Shown: positions 47,032 through 56,801 of the stretch, piece after piece
How positions within the stretch are numbered: the first letter of the stretch is position 1
Layout: each line of letters begins with the position of its first letter
NCBI GenBank assembly: GCA_038496445.1
Contig: JALMLS010000078.1
Span: 1 to 64,000, forward strand
Length of the DNA stretch: 64,000 bases
Reading direction: 5' to 3'
DNA from: Trichosphaerium sp. ATCC 40318
Lineage: Eukaryota; Protista; Tubulinea
Position numbers and translations under genes: made by a program
Notes under the pieces: model-generated
What the model was told of the DNA's origin: nothing
Seen by the model: only the letters and a program-made list of their open reading frames with translations
The model's database searches: none

Positions 47032-50000
47032 CTATTTAGTGGATAGACTCTTCTGAATCTTTATTGAGTCGGAGGATGCCGTCATCCAGCGTTTCACGAT
47101 TGTCATTAGTGCTTGTTTGTTTGCGGCTGTATTTATTTCCTTATTTAGACGCGTTCGTTGATTCGTGTTAGCAACGTAACCATCAATTATCGTTTTTAAT
47201 GCAGTACGGAATTTGGTTGCGTCATTGCTGTATGTTGAAATCATCTTTAAGTGAATGTCTTTTAGCTGTAGTAAAAAGACATCTTGCACTTTCGCTTCTC
47301 CAGCTGTTCGTGGTGATCTTCGTATTCTTTTTGGAGGTGTAGGTGGTTGTTCTGGATAGAATGCGTCTTCAATGTTTTCATCAGTCAATTCTATTGTCTC
47401 TTGTGGTTTCTGTTTCTTCTTTTGTTTAGTTTCATCTGATGGTTTGACTGAAATGATTGGTGCTTTATTTAATTTAAATTGTCTCCAGTCTGTGTCATCA
47501 TTTCCGTCATCGTCGTCTTCCTCTCTGCTGGTATCTTCTGAGCCGGTAACACTTGATTCTTCATCTTTTGAGTCATTGTTGCTTTCGTCTGTGTTTGATT
47601 CTGTGTCACTACTTGGCGGTTCTATCTGTGCGTCATGTGCTTCATCATGATCCGCTGGTGGATCAATTTGTTGTTCTGGTGCATCATTGATTTGGGTTTC
47701 GTTGTTATTGTCGTGGTCTTCCTCCTCTATTTCCTCATCTGAATCCGAGTCATCATTCGGTATAGCTTTTCTTAATACCATTTCTTTAGGCTTTACTTTT
47801 GTGGTCGTTGGAGGGTAGCGTGAGCTTTGTGGTAGTGGATCTCTGTCATTATACTTTTTAAGGAATTTGATGCTTACTACATTATGCATTCTCGTATTGC
47901 TTTTGAAGTTAAGCATGTATGCATTATCATTCACCTTCTTGACTATTACGTATGGACCTCTCCATCTGTGTTGTAATTTCTTTGTCAATCCTGGTGTCGG
48001 TGTGTATTGCCACATTAAAACCTTGTCTCCCACTCTAAAGATAGTACTTGAGGTGTGTGAATTTCGGTACGCTTGTGCTTTGGTTGCTGCATCTAACATA
48101 CGGTTTCGTGCTATCTTATGCGCTTTGTGGAGGGCTTCCATCATACGTGATTTGTACAATGTTACTGAGGTGGGTGTTTCAGGAATAACTTGTAAATCAA
48201 TTGGTCTACGTGGATGTCGACCAAACATTAAAAAGAATGGTGTTTCACCAGTTGCAACATGGTGGGTGGTTCGGTATGCTTGTAAACATTGTGGAAGGTA
48301 TTCATCCCAGTCAGTCTGAAACTCTTGATCACAGAATATACCCAGCATTTCAGCTAGAGTATGGTTAAAACGTTCAACTTGACCATCAGTCTGAGGATGA
48401 TATGAACTGGTTGATAATTTGCGAATTTTAAACAATTGGAGTAGGTCTTTCATGAGTGAGCTCATGAATTGTGACCCTCTATCAGTTAATAGTTGTTCCG
48501 GATAACCAAAACGTGCAATGACTCTGTCGAACAATAGTTTTGCAATTACCTCAGTGGTTGGGTTGCGAATAGCAAATGCTTCAACCCATTTTGTGAAATA
48601 ATCACAAAATACCACAATATTTGTATTTCCAAGGCGTGTACGCTTCAAAGGTCCAACAATGTCAATTGCCATGCGTTGCCATGGAAAACTGGCAACCATT
48701 GGCATCAACTTGCCAGGTTGTTTGCCCCGACGGATCTTTTTGGTTTGACATAACTTGCAACTATCGATGTAGTCTTTAACTTGTCTGTAATACCCTGGCC
48801 AGTAGTATTTACTACGAATTGAGTTGAAGGTTTTGTAAAAACCTAAGTGACCATTTTCGTCATGGTGGCTTTTGAGTACTTCAATTATAAGTGTTTGAGG
48901 TACAACCACCTGGGAGACTGATTGCTTAACTTTTGGTACTGAGGGTAACCAGATGTGATTCAATATGCCCTCGTCATTTATCCACATAAACCTGGCCAGT
49001 GCAACCACGTTTCGTGCAGCTGTTTGGTCAAGTGGCAGGTGTTTAGTGCGTATGTAATTTATTATATTTTTGCAAAATTCGTCATGATTTTGACACACTC
49101 GTAGGCGTTCAGTACTGAATCCACTGAAGGGTTTGATCGACACTCCTTTTGTAAAAGGTGGTCTTGATAGAGCATCTGCATTGCCATGTAGTCTACCAGC
49201 CCGTTGTTCAATTGTGAATGTGTATTCTTGCAAAGCGAAGACCCATCGTGCAAACTTTTGACGGACGTGTTTGGTTGTCAATAACCATTTCAACGATTCA
49301 TGGTCGGTAACAAAAATAACTTCATTACTTGCAATGTATGGACGGTAGCGTTCTGCAGCCATGATTACTGCCAGACATTCTTTGGCTGTGGTGGAGTAGT
49401 TGCGTTGTGCTGTATTCAAACTTTTGCTGAAATATGATATGACTGTTTCTTTTCCGTGAATCTTCTGTGCAAGTACTGCTCCCACTCCAACGTTTGATGC
49501 ATCTGTATATAATATGAAGGGCTCATTAAAATTGGGATATCCAAGAATTGGTGCATTTGTAAGAGCCTGTTTTATTTGAGAGACACTTTTATCATGTTTT
49601 GCAGTCCAGTTAAATGGCACATCGTTTTTAAGTAGTTCATATAATTCATGAACCATTTCAGTGTATGCCGGGATGAACGATCGGTAATAGTTCACTATCC
49701 CTAGGAATGATCGTAGATCTTTGACATTTGTAGGTTTTGTCATGTCGATTATTGCTGCAATTTTGTTCTTATCTGGTTTTACTCCATTCCGCGTGACCAC
49801 ATGTCCTAGGTATTTGACCTCTGGAACACAGAAACTGCACTTTTTAGCATTTAGCGAGTGGCTGTACTTGTCAAATCGTTTGAATATTAACGCTAAAGCT
49901 AGTAGATGTTGTTCAAAGGTCTTTGTAAAGATAATAATATCGTCAATGTAGACCAATGCATACTTCCATGTTAAACCATTCAATAGGACCTCCATGTATC

Positions 50001-52422
50001 TTTGAAAGGTTGCTGGAGCGTTGACAAGTCCAAATGGCATTCTATTAAACTCAAACAGTCCAAATTTTGTGGTAAAGGCTGTTTTCTGTTTGTCTTGTTC
50101 AGCAACCTCAATGTGCCAGTAACCGCTTGGTTGGTCCAATGTTGTAAAGTAGATAGCTCCTGCTACAGAATCTAAGGCTTCCTCCACTCGTGGAATAGGG
50201 TATGAGTCCTTTTTGGTGACTCCATTGAGTTTTCTATAATCAACACAGAATCGTAAGGTGCCATCACTTTTTGGTGCAATAACCACCGGGAATGACCACG
50301 GTGAGTTGCTTTCTCTGATTATACCATCTTCCAACATTGTGTTGATTCGTTTCCACAGATAATCTGCTTCTGATGGTGACACGCGGTATGGTTGGCTTTT
50401 GATAGGTCTGGCACTGCCAGTTTCAATGTTATGAGCAGGCATTTTGGATTTGGGGGGACGCTTCGTGTTCTTGATGAATAAATGTTTGTACTTTGCCAGA
50501 AATGATGTTAAAAGTAGTTTTTGCTCATCATTAAGACTACTGTTTGATAAATCAAACATATCTTGGATGGTTGCCATATCACTGCTGAATGTTTTAGCAT
50601 CCTTCAAATCTTTTAAGATGGATTGGGCTTCTCTTAGTTCGGTGGATCGAATGGCGTTAATCCTGTCATTGTCCATCCAATTTCCTTTTGCTAGAATGAG
50701 TCCCTTTATAACGCCAGTTGGTTCATTGGAAAAGTTGGCAACTCTAATGCCTGTTTTGCCGCCTTGAACCATTACAACAGCACGTTCTACTGCTGTTCCA
50801 GACATATCTTTGAAGCGTTCACCAGCTTCAATTAACATGACTCCAGATGCTTGAGGCTGTCTAACACGAACAGGGACAAAGGTGTATGATCGTGGTTCCA
50901 GTACCACACTATGTGTAACTACCAGTGCTACGTTTGTGCCTTTCGGTAAGGATTGTATACACTTAGTTGATGTAGCTGGATCATTGTTAAATATCAGTCG
51001 ATAATTTGGTGCATCAATGGTTATTTTCATTGCTAAGATTGTATCCATGCCAATGAGGGGTTGGTCAAAGTCTTCGACAACAATGAATCGAATCCAGCAA
51101 TGCTTTGAACGTCCTATTTTAATTTGAAACGTTACAGTTCCCATTACTTTTAGTGGTTCATGACTCGCTCCTCGGAGTGTCGCTTTTGTAGGTTCTAGCT
51201 CTGTGACCTTCATTGATTTGAGCATTTTGAATGGAAAGATACTTCTGACAGCTCCTGAGTCAACAATTGTTTCTTTCGTCAAAGTAACATTTTCATTTCT
51301 GAAAGTTGTCATAGTTGTTAGTACTGCTGCTTTGTCGGCATTATTAGCAGACTTGATCATGTTCACTTGGTAGTCATATCCATCATCATCATAGTCATCA
51401 TAACCCCTTTCATCATCATAAACCTCATCATCATAATATTGATCTTCTCCATCATTTGTAATCATACGGATATATTGACCTTGTCGTCTATTGTTTCGGT
51501 TGAAACTTTGACCTTGGAATCGTTGATTTCGTCGGAAGTTATTTGGTCGTGCACGATAGTTGTCAAACTGTCCTCTCCTTTGGTTTGGACGGTACCTTTG
51601 ATACCCGTTTGGGTGGTTTCGATTATATCCTCTATTCGGACATCTGCGTGCTATGTGTCCTGGTTGTCCACAACTATAACATTGGATTGGCCTTTGGTTG
51701 TTGCGTTGTACAACTTGGATGGGTGCTGGGTCTGTGATTGGTATAGGTGCTGGAACTGGTGCCGGCTTAACCATGGCTTTCATGACACTGATGTGAAACA
51801 TGGCGATTTCGGAGGCTTTTTGAACAGTGGGTGGTCTTTGTAACAACACATATTGGGCCAGTTCTGCTGGAACTAACTTAATGCAAAATGCATCTCTTAA
51901 AGCAACTGGATCTGTCATGCGTGCTTCCCTTGCAGCATTGTTAAAACGGCCCATGAAGATACTAACATCTTCTCCCAGTTCCATCTTAAGAATGTTGAAC
52001 TCATGCTTCTTGAGTACGGCATTCGCCTTTCGACCGTAACGCTCAAGTAAGGCTTTAATGATGATTGCGTGTGAGACGGTAGATATTCCAGAACCGTCAG
52101 CGGGTTTCACTGTTTCTAGTGCCTGGCCTATTATAAAGTTTCGAAGGACAATTTCATATTGTTTTTCTTCCCAGTCAGAAAACTCAGAGATTGACTTCAG
52201 TTTATCCAACCAATCATCAATACTAATTTTGTCCACAACAAAGTCACCTGAAAAGGGTTTGATAGCTCCCTTTGGTACGGTCGGGTACTTAGGTGGTACA
52301 AAAATGGGGTTATTCGCTGCATCCACTGCAGGGTTCCCATTCTCAACTGCTTGAACTCTAGCTTTAAATGCCGGTGTATACGCTTCAATTGCGTCATCAA
52401 TATTGTTTAATTCTTCTAACAT
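47032..52422 (-). CDS. Single-frame Gag-Pol polyprotein (1796 aa)
   Basis: CYSCGQPGHIARRC knuckle, IVDSGA protease, YIDD RT, TDAS RNase H, HHCC + DDE integrase, RGPY motif. Confidence 0.98.
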   Translation of the reverse strand: MLEELNNIDDAIEAYTPAFKARVQAVENGNPAVDAANNPIFVPPKYPTVPKGAIKPFSGDFVVDKISIDDWLDKLKSISEFSDWEEKQYEIVLRNFIIGQALETVKPADGSGISTVSHAIIIKALLERYGRKANAVLKKHEFNILKMELGEDVSIFMGRFNNAAREARMTDPVALRDAFCIKLVPAELAQYVLLQRPPTVQKASEIAMFHISVMKAMVKPAPVPAPIPITDPAPIQVVQRNNQRPIQCYSCGQPGHIARRCPNRGYNRNHPNGYQRYRPNQRRGQFDNYRARPNNFRRNQRFQGQSFNRNNRRQGQYIRMITNDGEDQYYDDEVYDDERGYDDYDDDGYDYQVNMIKSANNADKAAVLTTMTTFRNENVTLTKETIVDSGAVRSIFPFKMLKSMKVTELEPTKATLRGASHEPLKVMGTVTFQIKIGRSKHCWIRFIVVEDFDQPLIGMDTILAMKITIDAPNYRLIFNNDPATSTKCIQSLPKGTNVALVVTHSVVLEPRSYTFVPVRVRQPQASGVMLIEAGERFKDMSGTAVERAVVMVQGGKTGIRVANFSNEPTGVIKGLILAKGNWMDNDRINAIRSTELREAQSILKDLKDAKTFSSDMATIQDMFDLSNSSLNDEQKLLLTSFLAKYKHLFIKNTKRPPKSKMPAHNIETGSARPIKSQPYRVSPSEADYLWKRINTMLEDGIIRESNSPWSFPVVIAPKSDGTLRFCVDYRKLNGVTKKDSYPIPRVEEALDSVAGAIYFTTLDQPSGYWHIEVAEQDKQKTAFTTKFGLFEFNRMPFGLVNAPATFQRYMEVLLNGLTWKYALVYIDDIIIFTKTFEQHLLALALIFKRFDKYSHSLNAKKCSFCVPEVKYLGHVVTRNGVKPDKNKIAAIIDMTKPTNVKDLRSFLGIVNYYRSFIPAYTEMVHELYELLKNDVPFNWTAKHDKSVSQIKQALTNAPILGYPNFNEPFILYTDASNVGVGAVLAQKIHGKETVISYFSKSLNTAQRNYSTTAKECLAVIMAAERYRPYIASNEVIFVTDHESLKWLLTTKHVRQKFARWVFALQEYTFTIEQRAGRLHGNADALSRPPFTKGVSIKPFSGFSTERLRVCQNHDEFCKNIINYIRTKHLPLDQTAARNVVALARFMWINDEGILNHIWLPSVPKVKQSVSQVVVPQTLIIEVLKSHHDENGHLGFYKTFNSIRSKYYWPGYYRQVKDYIDSCKLCQTKKIRRGKQPGKLMPMVASFPWQRMAIDIVGPLKRTRLGNTNIVVFCDYFTKWVEAFAIRNPTTEVIAKLLFDRVIARFGYPEQLLTDRGSQFMSSLMKDLLQLFKIRKLSTSSYHPQTDGQVERFNHTLAEMLGIFCDQEFQTDWDEYLPQCLQAYRTTHHVATGETPFFLMFGRHPRRPIDLQVIPETPTSVTLYKSRMMEALHKAHKIARNRMLDAATKAQAYRNSHTSSTIFRVGDKVLMWQYTPTPGLTKKLQHRWRGPYVIVKKVNDNAYMLNFKSNTRMHNVVSIKFLKKYNDRDPLPQSSRYPPTTTKVKPKEMVLRKAIPNDDSDSDEEIEEEDHDNNNETQINDAPEQQIDPPADHDEAHDAQIEPPSSDTESNTDESNNDSKDEESSVTGSEDTSREEDDDDGNDDTDWRQFKLNKAPIISVKPSDETKQKKKQKPQETIELTDENIEDAFYPEQPPTPPKRIRRSPRTAGEAKVQDVFLLQLKDIHLKMISTYSNDATKFRTALKTIIDGYVANTNQRTRLNKEINTAANKQALMTIVKRWMTASSDSIKIQKSLSTK

Positions 52423-52435
52423 CTTAACTCAATTT

Positions 52436-52532
52436 CTTTCTCTTACTATCTTCTCTCTTTTACTCTTTCTCTCTTACTCTCTCTCTTACTCTCTCACTCT
52501 TACTCTCTCTCTCTCACTCTCTCTAATCTCTC
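52436..52532 (-). repeat. GA-rich simple repeat in the retrotransposon 5' leader
   Basis: (TC)n/TCTTAC runs on the plus strand just upstream of the gag ATG. Confidence 0.8.
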
Positions 52533-52608
52533 CACGGACACTACAAAAATCCGGACTTAACAATACAAGGACGTACTTAAATTGACAATTAGTTTGCAGG
52601 TAAAAATT

Positions 52609-52623
52609 CTGGCCGTGTCGCCA
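52609..52623 (-). promoter_or_regulatory. Primer binding site (tRNA with a G discriminator; Arg or Ser are candidates)
   Basis: TGGCGACACGGCCAG starts 2 nt inside the 5' LTR, complementary to a ...CUGGCCGUGUCGCCA 3' end. Confidence 0.85.
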
Positions 52624-52625
52624 AA

Positions 52626-52770
52626 TGTTATGCTGCAGAATAAAGTCAAAGCGTATTTATTTAGATTTACAGGAGTTACAAAAGGTACATATATATTTTA
52701 TTTATTGTGGGATGCGTTTCTCTGAAATCCTATTTGTTGAATAGTATTTACATGAAACACGTTCATAACA
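52626..52770 (-). repeat. 5' LTR (145 bp)
   Basis: Matches 45881-46025. Confidence 0.97.
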
Positions 52771-52804
52771 TCCTCTAAAGCGTACATAACAACAACGTAA
52801 TAAA

Positions 52805-53755
52805 ATGGAGTCAAACACTGCATTCTTTAACGAGATTCCCATTGAGATTATTGTTCTTATTCTACAGTTTGTTCCCGAGTTATCTATGCACTCGGTTGTA
52901 CATACTTCTCGATTATTATCCAATATCGCTACACAGCACTTGGGATACAAAAAAGGGGGAGGAGACATTGTGATAAAGACAAAAAAGAAGCTTAAAAAGC
53001 TGTTTCAGGAAGCTCCATTCCTGATAAAGACAAAGACAATTTCTATTCGTTTCAAAATCAGAAAAACAGATGATTTAAAGTACCTTCAAGGCGCTTATGC
53101 ATTAGAACTGTACAAAGTTAGTAAGAGTGTTGATTTTACAAACTTTAAAGTCCTTGTTGGTATAACCTTTAAGTATTACGGAATGGTGACTGACAATCAC
53201 GTTAAACAACTCGCAGGGATACATAAAATTGGTTGTAGTTGGTGTTCACTAATTACAGATGAAGGTGTTAAAGCATTAGCTGGTGTTCATACAATTGACA
53301 TTTCATACACTGCAGTTACAGATGATGGTGTGAAAGCATTGGCTGGCGTTCATACAATTGATTTAACCCATTGTAAATATATAACAGACGAAGGTATTAA
53401 GGCTTTGGCTGGTGTTCATACAATTGACATTTCATACACTGCAGTTACAGATGATGGTGTGAAAGCATTGGCTGGCGTTCATACAATTGATTTAAGCCGT
53501 TGCCAATATATTACAGATGAAGGTATTAAGGCTTTGGCTGGTGTTCATAAAATAGTGTTAGATCATTGTAAAGGTATAACTGATGAAGGTATTAAAGCGT
53601 TGGCTGGTGTTCACACCATTGCTTTATGTGGTAATAAGCACATCACAGATGAAGGCATAGAAGTATTGGCTGGAGTTCATTTAATTGATTTACGCCTTTG
53701 TTTCCAACTTACACCTAAGAAAATCAAGCCTCTTGGTAGGATTGTAATCTTTTAA
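52805..53755 (+). CDS. F-box + LRR protein, close paralog of 9109-10542 with fewer repeats (~8)
   Basis: MESNTAFFNEIPIEIIVLILQFV; contains a near-exact 129-nt internal duplication (~53282 / ~53411). Confidence 0.95.
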   Translation: MESNTAFFNEIPIEIIVLILQFVPELSMHSVVHTSRLLSNIATQHLGYKKGGGDIVIKTKKKLKKLFQEAPFLIKTKTISIRFKIRKTDDLKYLQGAYALELYKVSKSVDFTNFKVLVGITFKYYGMVTDNHVKQLAGIHKIGCSWCSLITDEGVKALAGVHTIDISYTAVTDDGVKALAGVHTIDLTHCKYITDEGIKALAGVHTIDISYTAVTDDGVKALAGVHTIDLSRCQYITDEGIKALAGVHKIVLDHCKGITDEGIKALAGVHTIALCGNKHITDEGIEVLAGVHLIDLRLCFQLTPKKIKPLGRIVIF

Positions 53756-53756
53756 A

Positions 53757-53850
53757 CTACCAATTGTATGAGCAACAGCCAAGGCTTTCACGCCATCATC
53801 TGTTACTCATGTACATGAACAATTAATTTTATGAAGACCAGTTAGCTCTA
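53757..53850 (-). pseudogene. Antisense LRR unit directly after the stop codon
   Basis: Minus strand reads ELTGLHKINCSCT*VTDDGVKALAVAHTI. Confidence 0.75.
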
Positions 53851-55155
53851 ACACCTTTACTTTAATTTCAATACATTTCTTTACACACAATTACTGTCAT
53901 GTGCTAGTGGGATGCCAAGGGCATCCTTGATTGCTGTTAAGGATGTGGCACCAAAAAGGTTGAGAGCTCATATTTCGTTCTGAAGAAAATTGGAACGTTT
54001 CATTACTCGTTTTTATTGATATACAAGCATATCATCACTAGCAGGTGCCCACATGTTATTGCAATATTTAATATCTACTGCGGTAAAGAGAACTTCCGCT
54101 ACAGGGACAAAAATTATAGCTCATGCAGCTTGAGTGAGTGTTTTAGGTAGAAGAACTCTATTCTGCTTGATACGCAGCGACTCCTCCTGTGGAATGTCTC
54201 AAGTTTGTAGTCAGATTCCATCAAATCATTTGCCCATGCTGTAGCTTAGAGCCAACCAGATTTTTTACGTAGTGAATTGTTACTTCAACCCAAAAAAGAA
54301 AGGCAAAAATAGAAGAACAAGAAGTTGGTTTTTTATGTTTATATTTGTCCGTGAATCAGGTGATAATTCACGGTTTGAATTTTTCAAACGTTACAAGTTC
54401 TTAGAAATTATGTACGTGTACTTGCTATAGTATAGTATAAGCAACTTTTTTTCGTACCTTGGTGATCTCTAAACAGTTGCAATTCTTCCGAACTTCTGTA
54501 GCAATGATACTAGTTTTTCTCCATTGTTTTTACGTGTGTCACGTTAGGATTGTTGGAGTTGGCGTGTTTTGGAGAGTTTGTAAGCATAAAAAACTATTTA
54601 ACAAATTGACGACATACAGAATATTCTGAAATTCTGTCTTTGGTTGATGCTTACAAACCCCACTTTCTTTAGCCCTACAATTTTTCTTTAGGCTACTATG
54701 CCTATGAGTGAGGAAGCATAAAAAGACAACAAAAAAAATCACGCTTGTAAATACGTTTTAAGATATTTGCGTCGTTTTATGATCACGTGATCTTTTGTGT
54801 CTACGTGATTTTTCGTGTATGTCGGGTAGTCCCGACCGAAAGCTAATAGCACTCTATATCATCTTGCGTCGCTGCCCTGTACTCAAAATTGCTTGTCAAA
54901 GAATCCACAATTTCGTTCGTATTTTGTGGTAAATGCCGGTTGTCGTATGCTGTTTTTAGTTACCCCATTTTAGTGGTTAACATCTTGTTTTAGTGATACA
55001 TTTTATGTGGAACCATAAAACCTGGCAACACAAACACAACTAAACAATGACTGTGCATTCAAGATGGAAGTTCTCGAGACGTATTTTCACGGTAATTGTT
55101 TCACATTCTTTTGACTCTATTTTTGAAGCTTCATAAAACAATCATTTTACAACAA

Positions 55156-55549
55156 ATGCACCACTTCTCGCTACTACTATCCCTTCTTGCGCTTGCTCTA
55201 CTCTGTGCCGTACGATTTACCAAGAGAGAGATTACAACACAATTCTGTTGCTTACTTTCTATAGTGTCAACAAAAAGTTGAACCAAGTAGACAATGTTCT
55301 AAAGACTGTGCTCAAGCGCTAGATAATTGTAACCAACTAGCACCAACTACCGAAATAAGTCAATGTAAAGATACCTATGAAGATTGTGTAACCCACTGTC
55401 CTCCTGAAATGTGGGTACATCGCACTGAAAAAGATCCTTGCTTAGAGTTTTGCACTACAGCATTCAAAAAGTGTAGTGATCATGGAAATGAACTTTACGA
55501 TTGCCTCCTATCTTATGCTACTTGCGCAGATATGGAATGCAGAAAATGA
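55156..55549 (+). CDS. Small secreted protein with two tandem six-cysteine modules, 2 exons
   Basis: Signal peptide MHHFSLLLSLLALALLCA, phase-0 GT-AG intron, then CX3CX6CX11CX6CX3C and CX3CX6CX9CX6CX4C; AATAAA after the stop. Confidence 0.85.
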
Positions 55550-56089
55550 GTTAAAAATAAACCACCCCCCATCACCTTCATTTTGTCTTTGGTTCTTTTC
55601 TTCCCAGACTGAAAAAGTAGCTATGGGCGCGAGCCTTTTTATTAGTTTGTGAACGTTGCTTGAACCGTTTCGAAAGGATTTTTACAATCAATCACTTGAC
55701 TTGGTTGTTGCTGTCCGTAATCAGGCATCTTGTATCCAATCTTTGTAAGATCACAGCGGAACAAAGAAAGATATAGTGTACCGCTAAAGTGATGAAAATA
55801 CTGTACTTCTTTCATGTGTCAGTTTTTGATAGTCATGTTCTTTGATTCAATAAATATTCTCAAATAGATTGCGGAAGAAGTTAGCCTTTTAGCCCAAGTC
55901 AAGATGCATACTATATCCCTTTTTAAGTGTCCCAAATATGGCTGACACGGGCGCCAAGGCCTAAATGCGCTTTAAGGCAGTGGCACTCAATCAAAAGGTG
56001 AGCTGTAGTTTCAAGGGTGAACCATTTTGATCTGAACATATTCCAAAATAGTGGGTGCACGTTTACCTTACACATACCACTATTTTGAA

Positions 56090-56480
56090 CTAGTTGCAAA
56101 AGATGTGACGTAATGATAAGATTGTCAAACCCTCTACTAGATACATGATTAGGGCATTAGGGCTTTCAGGTGTTCATACAATAGACCCTCGACATCAAAT
56201 TGTATGGCATGCATGAAATTGACTTTACTAGTACCTTGGTAACAAATACAGGGTTACAAGCGGTTCCTGGTGTTCATACCTCTCACCTTGGTAATTGCAG
56301 ACTTATACTGATAGAGGTATTCGAGATCTGTCTGGTGCTTATAAAATTAGCCTTTCCTACAACAAATGAAAGGCTTAAATCTGTGTCGTTTTTTGAACGC
56401 CTGAAAGATCAAGATATTGCCAAATCATTGGAAGGTGATACTATTAATGTCTGCTCCATACAAGGCTTACTCGTACACTG
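56090..56480 (+). pseudogene. Decayed LRR fragment
   Basis: GIRALSGVHTID, GMHEIDFTSTLVTNTGLQAVPGVHT with frameshifts. Confidence 0.65.
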
Positions 56481-56801
56481 ATTAAATCCAATAAATAAGC
56501 GTACATGTTATGGACTATTAAGTATGTAACGAATAATTATTCATAGAAACGTGTTATGACGTTTTTTGGTTAAAATGGAAAGCAGGATTTAAAGGTCACC
56601 ACTCATACTTACTACGCATATGACAGTGTTACAATAATATATTTGGTTTTAGGATGTGCAACAATTAAGAGAAGCCGCGGAATATCCCGAGGAGGACATT
56701 CTTTTTTAAACAACTTTCTCGGCTGACTTTCCTTTTTAAGAAACTGTTCCGTCTTTCTCACTTGCCATCATTTCATCATTATCTCAAAAACAACAACCCC
56801 A

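Larger units (their letters stand above)
45881..52770 (-). mobile_element. Intact Ty3/Gypsy LTR retrotransposon (6890 bp)
   Basis: Two LTRs identical by eye, 5-bp TSD TCCTC (45876-45880, 52771-52775), PBS, PPT, and PR-RT-RH-IN domain order. Confidence 0.98.

Noticed and set aside
47372-52585. Plus-strand ORFs inside the retrotransposon, and similar antisense ORFs over host genes
   Set aside because: Shadows of the coding strand with no independent motifs
47032-53755. Diversity-generating retroelement (RT beside variable LRR genes)
   Set aside because: The RT is a standard Ty3/Gypsy pol within LTRs; no template/variable repeat pair with adenine-specific differences was seen
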